Shown here one piece after another: positions 1 to 12,770 of a stretch of DNA of 64,000 nucleotides. The DNA is from Octopus sinensis (taxonomy: Eukaryota), in the NCBI RefSeq assembly GCF_006345805.1, contig NW_021833473.1, positions 1 through 64,000 on the forward strand. The letters run 5' to 3'. Position 1 is the stretch's first letter. Every line of letters begins with the position of its first letter. Both the position numbers and the translations under genes were made by a program. The notes beneath the pieces were generated by a model. It was not told the DNA's origin and searched no databases. It saw only the letters and a program-made list of their open reading frames with translations.

Positions 1-881
1 ATGATAAAACGATGGCAAGAAAAACCCCTTCATGGTAAATACTGCACTAAACTAAACGCAAAAGAAATAGACAAAGAAAAATCCCAGCAATGGTTGAGAA
101 GCTCAGGACTTAAAGCAGAAACAGAGGGATTTTTAATTGCAGCACAAGACCAAAGCCTCCCCACCAGAAATTACCAAAAACATGTAATGAAAAGAAATAT
201 TACAAGTAACTGCAGAATATGTGGAGATGGACAAGAAACAATAAATCATATTATCTCTAGCTGCCCAGTCCTGGCTAAGAAGGAATATATTCACAGACAT
301 GACAGAGTTGGAACCTACATACATTGGAAGCTATGCCAACATTATGGAATAACAACAGAAAAAAGATGGTATAGGCACATACCAGAAAAGGTCACAGAAA
401 ACGAGAAAGCAACCATACTCTGGGATATGCCGATACACACAGATAGAGAAATTAAGGCCAACAGACCAGATATAGTTGTCGGAGATCATGAAGAAAAAAA
501 ATGCTTTCTAATTGATGTATCAATACCGGCAGATGACAACGTGTCTCTAAAAGAAATGGAGAAACTCTCAAAATACAAAGACCTGGAAATAGAGGTAACT
601 AGAATGTGGAACCTGAAAACAGAAACAATTCCTATCATAGTAGGTGCATTAGGCATGATAAAAAAATATTCAGACAAATACATAACAAAACACCAGGACT
701 TACAAACACATATAACATACAGAAAATTGCACTACTAGGCACTGCACACATCCTACGCAGAACACTTTCCATACAATAACCATCAGAGCATCACAACAAA
801 TCACAGCACATACCCAAGGCACACAGAGCTGCGCTCGGTAGTGAAGTGAAAGCACGCTATAAAAATTACACTACTGAATAA
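1..881 (+). mobile_element. 3' end of R4/Dong-like non-LTR retrotransposon (CCHC knuckle + restriction-like endonuclease), one frameshift; 5' part lies before the window
   Basis: ORF 1-738 has CRICG..ETINHIISSC and RPDIVV..LIDVSIP..EKLSKY (PD-(D/E)xK). Frameshift near 688-691; the other frame (690-779) reads TPGLTNTYNIQKIALLGTAHILRRTLSIQ*, a typical R4 C-terminus. A ~100-bp 3' UTR then runs into (AAT)n. Confidence 0.9.

Positions 882-926
<45 letters not shown>
882..926. repeat. (AAT)n microsatellite abutting the R4/Dong 3' end
   Basis: Pure AAT run directly after ...ctactgaata. Confidence 0.95.
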
Positions 927-927
<1 letters not shown>

Positions 928-1116
928 TAATCTCAAATTTTAAAACAAACTTATAATTTTTTAATGTTTTCTTAAACATTCTCTAGAACAATATTTTGTG
1001 CAAAACCAAATATATGACACCCTAGGCATAATACTAACTTGAACTTCTAATTTGTTGTCTCTTGAAGTCTGTGGGTGAAACTTGGAGTCAACCTGTACAG
1101 ATACAAAGCAAAAGTC

Positions 1117-1134
1117 AATAATAATAATAATAAC

Positions 1135-1215
<81 letters not shown>

Positions 1216-1230
1216 TATAATAATAATAAT
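1117..1230. repeat. (AAT)n microsatellite
   Basis: Near-pure AAT run; source of the poly-N and poly-I ORFs. Confidence 0.95.
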
Positions 1231-1799
1231 ACAGACAAAATATTTGTAAACCTTTGCTCTCTTTTCTGCAGATCTTCGTTTAGGTTCAGAACTGTGATCC
1301 ACCCAGAAACGTTACTTCTTACGGAGGCACTAATCTGAATCATATTTTTTAAATACTAGGTTTTGAATTTTGAAACTATGAGATATCCTCGAACGCTTTG
1401 GTATCGCAGTGTATTGCTTCAGTTATCAACATCATGTATCGAACCGTGAAAGATTTCCACAAAAACTTGACGATTAGGTACGAAATTGATTCATTAAGTC
1501 AATTATAAGAACGAAAGCTATATTCTTGTTATAGTGTCTACGTATCAACTTTATCAAAGAATTAATCAGCGATAATCACTTTGAACAGCAGGGGTTCATA
1601 CAGAAAGTTGGGTTCTTAGAAAGTTGGCTTACATAGATTCGACACAGGCAAACAGAAGATCATGTATAATTTCTTCACAAAAAAGGAAAAAAATTGTTTG
1701 CTAAGAGATGTCTTTGAATATAAGGATATTAGATTGTTTGAACTCAGCAGTTTATATTAGTTGATTATATAATATACAATAGAAATGATTTAAATAATG

Positions 1800-2010
1800 A
1801 CCAGCAATCAAAAGAAAGTGACAGTAATGAATGTTGGCTGATATTCTTTATCAAGTAAATTCGTTGTTAAGAAGGAAAAGAATAATTTTGCAATACATAA
1901 AGAGATCCAACATGATATCAGACGAATTCATGAAGTCAGCAGATAAATTTGATAATGATAGGAGCACTTGAAAGTATACTCAAGCAATTCCAAATGTCGT
2001 TTGAATTGCG
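1800..2010 (+). pseudogene. possible very old RLE-LINE C-terminal remnant
   Basis: Broken frames give VVKKEKNNFAIHKEIQHDIRRIHEV and IMIGALESILKQF, loosely matching R4 xxKExEK..EIxRxW..IxIGALG. Confidence 0.3.
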
Positions 2011-2692
2011 TTTATATGGAAACAATACTCTAGCTGGTAAATGTTCTCCGTTAAATATAATGCATCATATTTCTAAAGAGGAATTGAAGTTCAAATGGAA
2101 AATAAAAACAACAGAAAATCAAATTATCGTTAAAGAGGATAAGATTTTGCGACATACATGATTAATTTTCTAGGGGAAACGTTATAGCTAATTGGTTCTT
2201 TATGTATTAGATTATTACTGATATGAAAGTACATCACATTTAAAATATTTTTGATTTGTGACACAATCAACAGCAATGAAGTTGTTGTGTGGCTTCTGCC
2301 TAGTTTCGAATCATCCTGCTCAAATTTCCAGTTTAGGGCCATGGGCCAACTACATTGCCATAAAAGCCAAACACCCTTTACGAAAAATTAACTATGTCAA
2401 TATAAAAAAAAACATTAATGCCTACATGAACCAATCATGGAAGTTGGTGTGTAACGAAATAAGCGGTAGATTTCAATGTAAGTTTTGTGAATTTTCCCGT
2501 CAAATAGTTCTGCCGAAAGTTTTAGAAGTTTCATTGACTGTTATAAAAAACAGGGATACAGAACACTTAAACAGAACAACCTAAGGTGCTACACAGAACT
2601 CTGTCGATCAGTTTTGTGATAAGTGATTCTCACTCTTTCTACTTATCCCGTCTTTAATAACCATAAACGATTTTCCTATAAATATTATATTC

Positions 2693-3490
2693 TTTTATTC
2701 TTTTACTTGTTGCAGTCATTTGACTGCGGCCATGCTGGAGCACCGCCTTTAGTCGAGCAAATCGACCCCAGGACTTATCCTTTGCAAGCCTAGCACTTAT
2801 TCTATCGGTCTCTTTTGGAGCTGGCAGAAACGTTAGCACGCCGGGCGAAATGCTTAGCCGTATTTCGTCTGCCGTTACGTTCTGAGTTCAAATTCCGCCG
2901 CGGTCGACTTTGCCTTTCATCCTTTCGGGGTCGATAAATTAAGTACCATTTACGCACTGGGGTCGATATAATCAACTTAATCCGTTTGTCTGTCCTTGTT
3001 TGTCCCCTCTGTGTTTAGCCCCTTGCGGGTAGTAAAGAAATAGGTATTTCGTTTGCCATAACGTTCTGAGTTCAAATTCCACCGAGGTCGACTTTGCCTT
3101 TCATCCTTTCGGGGTCGATAAATTAAGTACCATTTACGCACTAGGGTCGATCTAATCGACTTAATCCATTTGTCTGTCCTTGTTTGCCCCCTATGTGTTT
3201 AGCCCCTTGTGGGCAGTAAAGAAATAGGTATTTCGTCTGCTGTTACGTTCTGAGTTCAAATTCCGCCGAGGTCGACTTTGCCTTTCATCCTTTCGGGGCT
3301 GATTAAATAAGTACCAGTTACGCACTGGGGTCGTCGACTTAATCCGTTTGTCTGTCCTTGTTTTTTCTCTCTGTGTTTAGCCCCTTGTGGGTAGTAAAGA
3401 AATAGGTCTCTTTTGCCGAACCGCTAAGTTATGGCGACGTACACACACCAGCATCGGTTGTCAAGCGACATTGGGGGTGTCAAACACAGA
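2693..3490 (-). mobile_element. family B SINE (3' half) interrupted by a family A trimer
   Basis: ttttacttgttgcagtcatttgactgcggccatgctggagcaccgcc... matches other B copies and resumes at 3405 (ggtctcttttgccgaaccgctaag). Confidence 0.8.
2818..3404 (+). mobile_element. family A tRNA-headed SINE, head plus three tandem bodies, 11-bp TSD
   Basis: gagctggcagaaacgttagc head; junctions aaataggtatttcgt near 3040 and 3225; TSD ggtctcttttg at 2807-2817 and 3405-3415. Confidence 0.88.
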
Positions 3491-3619
3491 CATATTTGAA
3501 AACTTTTTAACTATCACACTCACTATCTCATATAAGTTGTTTTATTTAGATAATTGTTGTACATATATAACTACATCTGTCCCGAGTAATAAAATATAAG
3601 GTAATGGCTAAAAATAACT

Positions 3620-4060
3620 AGGCGAGAGAAAAGGAATTAATGGAAGATTTATTGCTCAGAAGGAGCACCAAAATCACGTGAGATTTTTTTAAATGTCTCA
3701 ATGAAATAGTATCTGTCCCAAATCATGCTCCTCATCGAATACTTCCCTGTAAATTTATTGCATAAACAGACACTTTCATATAACTTTTTTTCCGTTATTG
3801 AGCGCTCCTCTATTTTCGTCGATATGAATCTCGCAAAATCATATCCTCTGATTAGCCGTATCTTCCAAATGATCGTAAGCATTAGAAAGTCAATATCAAA
3901 TCTGGTTTTGATTAATCAAAGCAAATCACGTAGTAGAACATGTAAATTTCTGACCAAATTTCTTTAATTCCATAAGCTTCAGACTTTCTTACTAATTCTG
4001 CCATAGTATCTTCACAGTCGCCATCGATTTTCTCATAAATACCCAGACTACGAAACACTG
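3620..4060 (-). pseudogene. possible ancient Penelope-type RT fragment
   Basis: Minus frame GIYEKIDGDCEDT...SKPDIDFL...YDFARFISTKI with one stop; weak resemblance to PLE YxKxxxDP / KPDIP / YxLAKFLS. Confidence 0.3.
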
Positions 4061-4169
4061 CATTTACTTGATATTTATCATCTCACTGATTCTCTTTCAT
4101 CTCTTCATCAATAACACTATCTCAGGTGCTGCTAATCCTGTTCTTTCATATATTGCTCTCAAATTTTTG

Positions 4170-4365
4170 CACAACGCCAGCAATTTTGGGGAAGTGGTGA
4201 GTCGATTACATCGAACCTTGTGTTCATCTGATACTTATTTTATCGATCCCGGAAAGATGAAAGGCAAAAATGGACTTCTTCGGAATTTGAACTCAGAACG
4301 TTACACGGACGAAATGCTACTAAGCATTTTATCCGGCGCGGTAACGGTTCTGCCAGCTCGCCAGA
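4170..4365 (-). mobile_element. old family A-related SINE
   Basis: gatacttattttatcgatcccggaaagatgaaaggcaaa...atttgaactcagaacg...ctgccagctcgcc. Confidence 0.7.
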
Positions 4366-4423
4366 AATACAACTTATTGTTCATACACTGACAATGCAAT
4401 TTATTATGTATAATTTGTTTTGT

Positions 4424-4735
4424 GGAGGCGCAATGGTCCAGTGGTTAGGGCAGCGGACTCACGGTCGGGGAATCGCGGTTTCGGTTCCCAGACCGGGCGG
4501 TGTGTGTGTTTATTGAGTGAAAACACCTAAAGCTCCACGAGGCTCCGGCAGGGGGTGGGGTGGCGACTCCTGTTGTACTCTTTCGCCCCAACTTTCTCTC
4601 ACTCTCTCTACATGTTTCTTGAGTAACGCTGCGATGGATTGGCGTCTCGTCCAGCAGGGAGGAACACGTACTCCATAGAAACCGGGAAACCGGGTCCACA
4701 AGCCTGGCTAAGCTTGAAAAGGGCGCATAAATAAA
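4424..4735 (+). mobile_element. family C tRNA-headed SINE (tail type 1)
   Basis: ggaggcgcaatggtccagtggttagggcagcggactc (A-box-like), ggtttcggttccc (B-box-like); ends gggcgcataaataaa; near-copy at 52902. Confidence 0.85.
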
Positions 4736-5139
4736 AGATAAAAAAATAATTTGTTTTATATATACATACATACACAAACATACTTAAACATATATACACA
4801 AAACTACTTAAACATACATACATACATACATTTATATGTGCGTGTGTGTGTATACTACGGAAGGAAGATGCCTTATAAATGTTGGGTTCTTTTTATGAAA
4901 TAAAAAGGTAACACGCCCAGATCTGTGTAGTGTACCTATGTAGTTTAATCAACAAAGAGATGGTAATGGGAAATTAGTAAGGGTTATGGCTTTCATAAAC
5001 ACTTTAGTAACTGCGGTTCACGTAAGAAGAAATACTTCGACCGAAGTTTAAACCGCATTGTGAGTTCAGTTTGGCGAAGTTAGCTCTTGTTTTGCAGCGC
5101 TCGCTGTAATTTTTGAAACATTGGTATTTATAATGACAA

Positions 5140-5738
5140 GGCGGCGAACTGGCAGAAACGTTAGCATGCTGGACGAAATGCTTAGCGGTATTTCGTCTGC
5201 CGTTACGTTCTGAGTTCAAATTCCGCCGAGGTCGACTTTGCCTTTCATCCTTTCGGGGTCAACTAAATAAGCACCAGTTACGCACTGAGGTCGATATAAT
5301 CGACTTGATCCGTTAGTCTGTCCTTGTTTGTCCCCTCTGTGTTTAGACCCTTGTGGGTACTAAAGAAATAGGTATTTCGTCTACCGCTACGTTCTGAGTT
5401 CAAATTCCGCCGAGGTCGACTTTGCCTTTCATCCTTTCCAGGTCGATTAAATAAGTACCAGTTACGCACTGGGGTCGATCTAATCGACTTAATCCGTTTG
5501 TCTGTCTTTGTTTTTCTTCTCTGTGTTTAGCCCCTTGTGGGTAGTAAAGAAATAGGTATTTCGTCTGCCGCTACGTACTGATTTCTAATTCCACCGAGGT
5601 CGACTTTGCCTTTCATCCTTTCGGGGTCGATTAAATAAGTACCAGTTACGCACTGGGGTCGATGTAATCGACTTAATCCGTTTGTCTGTCCTTGTTTGTC
5701 CCCTCTGTGTGTAGCCCCCTGTGGGTAGTAAAGAAGTA
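5140..5738 (+). mobile_element. family A SINE trimer, 17-bp TSD
   Basis: One head and three ~180-bp bodies; TSD ggtatttataatgacaa at 5123-5139 and 5739-5755. Confidence 0.92.
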
Positions 5739-6567
5739 GGTATTTATAATGACAAAGAATCTAAATTATGTGGGAAGCCTTATAGGAAAGTTGCGACGTT
5801 CGTGTGTTTTTAAGAATACCAATAATGCATGTAGAGTAAAATGCCATCAACTGAGAACCGAAACTGTGTCATGAGTTCTCATCAAAGGGAACTTCCTCTT
5901 GTTCATTCGGTGAATAGTCTATAGTCTACTCTAACGAGATCTAAGTCGCTGGAGCTACTTAACAGAAGCAGACAAACCGTCTACTTCCAACCACATTGTA
6001 CATACCATAAATCTTGTGAATAGTATACTATATCGAAATCTATTCGTCAGAGCAGACAAATCGTCTGTTTGTGAACAAGCAATAAGAAGAATTCAGTTTT
6101 TTTTTCTCCATCAGCGAAAAGCTGCTGACAGTGGCATTCTTTTACTATTATCTAAGTGAACACATTAAAACTTCTTGAATTTCTTTTTTATTTTATGTCA
6201 ACCCAATAGTTTCATTATTCGCTTGGTTTTAGAACTCGGCAGTGATTTGTCACGTTTAAATCAAGAAATCGTGCTTCTTTTTTTTCAAGGCCTTACTAAA
6301 ATAAAGACTCGGCTTTATATTACATTTAAAATTATGCTTCTCTTAGCGTTCTGTTGCTGGTGATTAACTTATGAAGGAAGAAGTCCTTAATGTGTCTTAA
6401 ATGTATAATCTGTCTTCTGTTTTTTTCTTGTTTTTTTTTTGTGGGTTTTATTTTTGCATAAGTAGCAATCTTCATACAATACAATGAAATTCTAGTTAAC
6501 GTTTTTTCCTGGACCATTAAGAGAGTAGAATGTCTCAGCCATGCACTACCCTAAATATGTGTGTGTG

Positions 6568-6660
<93 letters not shown>
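6568..6660. repeat. (CTAT)n microsatellite
   Basis: Pure tetranucleotide run. Confidence 0.95.
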
Positions 6661-6661
<1 letters not shown>

Positions 6662-7515
6662 ACGGTATATCTACTACATATATGGAAATCTGTAGGTGTG
6701 TTTGTTTGTGGCATTGTTATCTAACTCCTCCTACATTGTTTTATCGATTTTGATGAAACTTGACACGTTATTTCTTTATTTTTTTAAAATTTCTTTATTA
6801 TGAAACTTGACACGTGAGTAGAACTCATACCTGTAAAACTAGTGACATACTTAGATCGTTGAAAAAATCGATAATAGGGCCCCTGGAAGAGTTTCTGATA
6901 TTTATTACTTATAACTAATATATTATTTTTAAGTAACCAACGGAAATAACCCATTCGCTCCGGAAAGGGATCCTTATATATAGCCAAGTGAAATAACCCA
7001 TTCATGTTCGTAAATTATTTAGCATAAATCAAATTGAGTATACTTATTTCTTAGTATTTGAACTATTTGAGTTATTTTCGCAATTCATCCAGTACAACGC
7101 TTAAACAAGTAAATAGTATTTTCCTAAACAATAGATCCACTTATTTCGGTTAGTGACTTATTCACGAATATACCAACACTAGCGTTGCTGAGGGTAATAT
7201 TCTCTGCGAATGCACAAAAGCTTTTTTCAGAGTTATTTACTTTGTATTGTTATTATCTCATATCTGATTGGCCTGTTATTACGTAACATGTTTCACAATT
7301 TTAGGGATAAGCCCCGCTTTCCCGAGAATTACCGGTTACGTCAGCCAGTATATATATATATCGGATGTTTTATTGTCCTCTATTGCGTTTTTGTTCCATT
7401 TTTTACATTTATATATACATATAACGATATACGTACACTTTTGCTGACCTTATAGTATATATATATATAATAATAATAGTAATAATAAAAATAATGATAA
7501 CAACAACGAAAACAA

Positions 7516-7576
<61 letters not shown>

Positions 7577-7578
7577 TA

Positions 7579-7630
<52 letters not shown>

Positions 7631-7632
<2 letters not shown>

Positions 7633-8067
7633 CAAAATAACCCACAAGGATATCCAAATAGTGCAGTACGATCGTTTCATGCTACTTCGTTTAATTAAAC
7701 AATGCAAGTATTACATCAGTTTTAAAATGTGGAGCAATCTTCAGCTGTATATGGAATTTTTTAGTTAAATTGACAAGATTCATTTTTATACTTATTCTAT
7801 TTGCCAACATTACAAAGAGGGTAGGTATATAGACAGAGAGGTAAATCCCATCAACAGAAACATGGTAGTAAGTGATATTTATTCATACCCTCTCTGTAAT
7901 GTTGGCAAATAGAATAAGTATAAAAATGAATCTTGTCAATTTATCTAAAAATTTCCATATGCAGCTGAAGATTGTTCTAAAATTTTAAAACTGGTGTTTA
8001 ATCAAATGAAGTAGCATGAAACGATTGTACTGCACTACCTTTGGATATCCTTGTTGCTTATTTTGAT
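7631..8067. mobile_element. fold-back / MITE-like palindrome, ~190-bp arms
   Basis: 7631-7823 (atcaaaataacccacaaggatatcc...caacattacaaagagggta) is the diverged reverse complement of 7886-8067; ~62-bp spacer. Confidence 0.8.
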
Positions 8068-8165
8068 TATAATCACCCCATTTGATTTATATGGATAATG
8101 CCATGCCAAATTTTGGTGCCTTTAACTTAAGTGCCATATTCATCTGAATCTAAATTTTTTCTAAA

Positions 8166-8227
<62 letters not shown>

Positions 8228-8229
8228 AA

Positions 8230-8790
8230 ATACGAAGACGTGTGTTGGAACAACAAGCAAGTGTATTAATTTGATGCTCAGGAAAAAAATGGAAAAAGTA
8301 TTTTACGTTTCGAGCCTACGCTCTTCAGCAGAAAGGAATGAAAGGAAATAAATAGAGACGGAATGAAAAGGAAGGATTTATAATTAGGCATGCTGGGAAA
8401 AGGAGAAAAAAGGGGGAAAGAGAAGAAAGAAGAAAGAAAGTTAAAAAGGAGAGAGAACGGCATTGTATTAACGTACGGAGTTTAAAAGTTCAGAAAATTC
8501 AGCAAGTTCAAAAGTCGTGGTAGATGAGAGTAATTTACATCAACGAAAATAACCAGTGAGATCCGTGAACGTAGAATCCAAAAGAGTACGAAGATCCAGT
8601 GGTAATCCGGGTGGAGAGCTGGTATGAGGATGAGGAGAAGTGCTGAAAGTTCGAGCAGTGGTTAAGATAGGCAAGTCCAAGAGAATAGAAAGTTCAGGAT
8701 CAAACTTGGGTAACCACGTGAGCGTATAATTTATAATTCAAATTTATAGAAAAAAAACGGAAACAGGTGTAGGAACGACAAGCAAGTCTA
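8230..8790 (-). mobile_element. Penelope-like terminal-repeat remnant with variant minimal hammerhead (8298-8337)
   Basis: Minus strand cttt-CTGCTGA-A-GAGC-gtag-GCTC-GAAAC-GTA-aaa; partial direct repeat gtgt.ggaac.acaagcaagt near 8240 and 8768; same family as 60805 and 61400. Confidence 0.55.
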
Positions 8791-8810
8791 TCTATCTATC
8801 TATCTATCTA

Positions 8811-8863
<53 letters not shown>

Positions 8864-8865
8864 CG

Positions 8866-8921
<56 letters not shown>

Positions 8922-9176
8922 GTATATAATAGTAATAATAATAATTTGAGGAAATAGTATTCCTAACTTACAGGGAAAAATTCAATTTAGAAATACTAAA
9001 TCAAATTTCACAAAATATAATATATATATAAAAATTAGAAAAAACCCACTTTTTATCAATTCAAAATGAGCAATTAAATTACACCATCTAGAAAATTACA
9101 TGTAATAGAAATATTAAATATAAAATAACAATAATATACTGATGATTAAGTAATGTGCAAAATAATAAATAAAACG

Positions 9177-9210
<34 letters not shown>

Positions 9211-9917
9211 TGAGGAACTCACCAATCTTTCTTTTTCATTTTCATTTTCTTTTTTTTCTTTTCTTCACAGCTCTTATCCAGAATACGAACCGGCTGAATC
9301 GGTGGTTGTCAATTCTACCTCTGCTCTTTTTTGATACGCGACTCCTTTCAGTTGAACGAGACATTGATTTGTCGTATCTCTATTTCGCCTGATAGCCTCA
9401 CTCCATGTGTTGCTTTCTTTTCTTTTTCTCACTAGCATTTTCCATTCATCTCACTCGTGATTTTAAAAGAATTTTATTTCAATAAGCGCAGCACTACTTC
9501 TGTAACATGTTTAATTCAACGTTTGTTTCTTATGAATGCCGTAAGTCAAAATTGTTATTTTTTTTCTGTATGAATTACAATCTCATTCAAACCTTAACTT
9601 TTACCAACTTTCCTAAGTAAACACGCGCTGTTTAACCACATTGAATCAGGCCAGTATAAGCATAGTTTATTGTGGTTTGTAGAAAATAAAAAGAACTTAT
9701 ATAATATAATTTATTGTTGTCTGCTGTATACATCTTTTCTAGACATACATAGATGCAAAGCAATGCATTTTTGGCGGATGATAATAAGTGTATATGACGT
9801 TCAGTCTTTCTTCGAGAGAGTGTAAACAGTGTAAATAAGATGAATTGGCCACAAACGGAAACCGAAAACGTGTCTTGCATATTCGATTCATTCCAAATAA
9901 AACAATTTTAAAGAAGG

Positions 9918-9918
9918 A

Positions 9919-9954
<36 letters not shown>

Positions 9955-9955
9955 T

Positions 9956-10017
<62 letters not shown>

Positions 10018-10174
10018 GCATTACTACTACTACTACTACTACTACCAGCATTACTACTACTACTACTACCACCACCATTACTACCATTACTACAACTACC
10101 ACTACTACTACTACTACTACTACCAGCATTACTACTACTACTACTACTACTACTACTATTACTACCACCATTAC

Positions 10175-10206
<32 letters not shown>

Positions 10207-10216
10207 TTACTACCAT

Positions 10217-10277
<61 letters not shown>
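9918..10277. repeat. degenerate (CTA)n / (TAG)n microsatellite
   Basis: cta units with interspersed cca/ccatta; source of the poly-Ser and poly-Val ORFs. Confidence 0.95.
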
Positions 10278-10278
<1 letters not shown>

Positions 10279-10653
10279 GGAAATGGGCAGAGTACATTAA
10301 CATGAAAAGTAAGTTGTTGCTTGTAATCACAACGACCCATTACAAGAAAACCTTCGACTCCTTTTTCTGTTGCTAAGAAATTTTATCGTTGTAACTGGTC
10401 GAATCGATAAAGTAACTGCCCTAGACAGCAATTTATATCTTGTCACTGATGCTTCGCTATGTTAAATTGCCAAAATATTTAGTTTTCGATTAATTGCCTA
10501 AGGGAGTGTGTAGTTGTCAATAAGTTTGGTTGCCATGAAGAATGAAACGGGCTGACGTTTCAACACAGGCCGTTCGAGACAGAGGTCAAGTAATAGCTGA
10601 CCGAAATGTAAAAGGAGTGAATAGGCTGAAATAATCACAAGTGGAGGCGAGGA

Positions 10654-10693
<40 letters not shown>

Positions 10694-10715
10694 TACACAT
10701 ACATACATATATTAG

Positions 10716-11042
10716 GACCCCCTTCGGTCATGAATATCCATGGGATTGCACCTAGAAAGTTACCCTCCTAGACACAAGTCCGGGCAAGGTTGTTTATGGA
10801 AGACCAGCAGTCGCCCATGCATACCAGCCTCCCCTCTCCACGCCACCAGTGTTATCCAAGGGAAAGGCAAAGGGGCTGATACAGCTTCGCACCAGTGACG
10901 TCGCAACTCATTTCTACAGCTGAGTGAACTGGAGCAACGGGAAATAAAGTGTCTTGCTCAAGAACACAACACGCAGCCCGGTCCGGGATTCGAGCTCACA
11001 ACTTCACAATCGTAAGCTCGACGCTCTAACCACTGAGCCATA
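10716..11042 (-). mobile_element. family D tRNA-headed SINE
   Basis: Minus head tggctcagtggttagagcgtcgagc...gttgtgagctcgaatccc; body and tail shared with 51162-51456 and 56177-56374. Confidence 0.85.
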
Positions 11043-11395
11043 CACTATATATATTTATACACACAAATACATACATACACTTTATTTCTTTATTTGTGAG
11101 TTAACATGGCTACCACTGGTTTCATGCCGACAGAAGATTTCTTATCAATTATCAAGCCTGCCGCGTGGAACGTTGGTATCCGTCCCCATCTTGGACGAGA
11201 ATACACGTAGCTAGACAAGACTGCACGGGATTTGGAAATAAACAAATAAACATACTAATCATGGGAGACAACTTCTAATTGTTATCCCCCTTGTATTAAC
11301 CCTGGTCACTTCAATGTATGTATGTATGTATGCATAAGTAAGTAAGTAAGTATGTTTGTATGTATGCATGTATGATTCTATCTAAATACTCATCT

Positions 11396-11480
<85 letters not shown>

Positions 11481-11580
11481 TTACTTAATTTGTCTGAGAC
11501 ATTTTAGAGTAAGTTGCAAGTGAATTTTTAGGTTTCTGCCAGCCAACCAATTCAATGATTTTACTATGATTTGGTGTACA

Positions 11581-12519
11581 GGAAGTACCTGTGCAGATGT
11601 TTTAGGTTGACATGGAATTAGAAAATCTAATAAAAATGGAGTAGCTCTTTTGACCGTTTGTACTGAGAATAATCTGGTTGTTACCAACACTCTGTTTAGA
11701 CAGGAAAATAAATATAAAAACACCTGGATGCACCCAAAATCTAAGCACTGGCATCTCATAGATTATATTCTGATCAGAAAACGTGATATGAAAGATGTTT
11801 CTAGTGTTCGGGACATGAGAGCAAAGAGCTGTACTGACCATCATCTGGTGCGTGGAAAATAGATTTTTCGATAATGCCTAAAAATCGACAGACTGGTCCT
11901 AAGGTACCCAAAAAGTTAAATGTTGCAAACTTTAAATTATCAATCAGCTTGCAAAGATTCCACGATGCTATAGAAGGTATCAATCTTGACCCAAACAATC
12001 TATGGAAGATTTCAAAACAAAAGTATTTCAGGCTGCAAGTTCGTCAGTGGGATTTAAATCACATAAGTCCAGTGATTGGTTCTCTGATAGATCAGCAGAA
12101 ATTTATGATCTACTTTTAGAAAAACAAAACTTAGGCAATACACTTCTTTCTCAGTCCTTGAACCCCAACTCAAACGAAGCTTACAGAAAGCTGAAAAGGA
12201 AAGTGCAGACTGCTTTAAAGAAAATTAAACAGGAATGGTGGAATGATAGAGGAAGAGGGGCGCAAGAAGCAGCTGATAGAAACGATGCCAAGGGTTTGTA
12301 CGCTTACGTTCAGGAGGTATATGGCCCAAAATCGTCTTCAATAGCTCCAGTAAGAACAGCAAATGGATGTTTGCTTCTGACTGACACTGCTTCTATTCAT
12401 AAGCGCTGGGTAGAACATTTTTCTGCATTTTTGAATAGACCTTCATCCGCTAAAATGAGGACGGTAGAAAAAATCGAACACCTTCCAGTTATAGAAGAGA
12501 TGGCATTTGAACCAACTCT

Positions 12520-12561
<42 letters not shown>

Positions 12562-12619
12562 GCTGTGAATAAGCTGAATAACAAAAAATCTCCAGGGTCT
12601 GATGGAATATGTGCAGAAT
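11581..12619 (+). pseudogene. RTE-clade LINE fragment: AP-endonuclease C-terminus, linker and RT start, with stops and frameshifts
   Basis: DVLG*HGIRKSNKNG..NLVVTNTLF..TWMHPKSKHWHLIDYILIR..TDHHLV; AADRNDAKGLY..VYGP..RWVEHF..LNRPS; after a (TA)n at 12524-12558, AVNKLNNKKSPGSDGICAE. Confidence 0.9.
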
Positions 12620-12732
12620 GAAAAGCAAAGTTGACCTCGGCAGAATTTGAACTTAGATCGTAAAGAAAGACAGACGAAATACACCAAGCATTTTGCCCGG
12701 CATACTAAAGCTTTTGCCACTTCACCAACTTA

Positions 12733-12770
<38 letters not shown>

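Noticed and set aside
4424-4500. tRNA genes at SINE heads
   Set aside because: A/B boxes are present but there is no full cloverleaf or acceptor stem, and each continues into a shared SINE body.
2818-5755. CRISPR-like appearance of regularly spaced repeats (also 13500-14228, 16769-16892, 29919-30702)
   Set aside because: Units are contiguous with no unique spacers, carry tRNA heads and TSDs, there are no cas genes and the context is eukaryotic.
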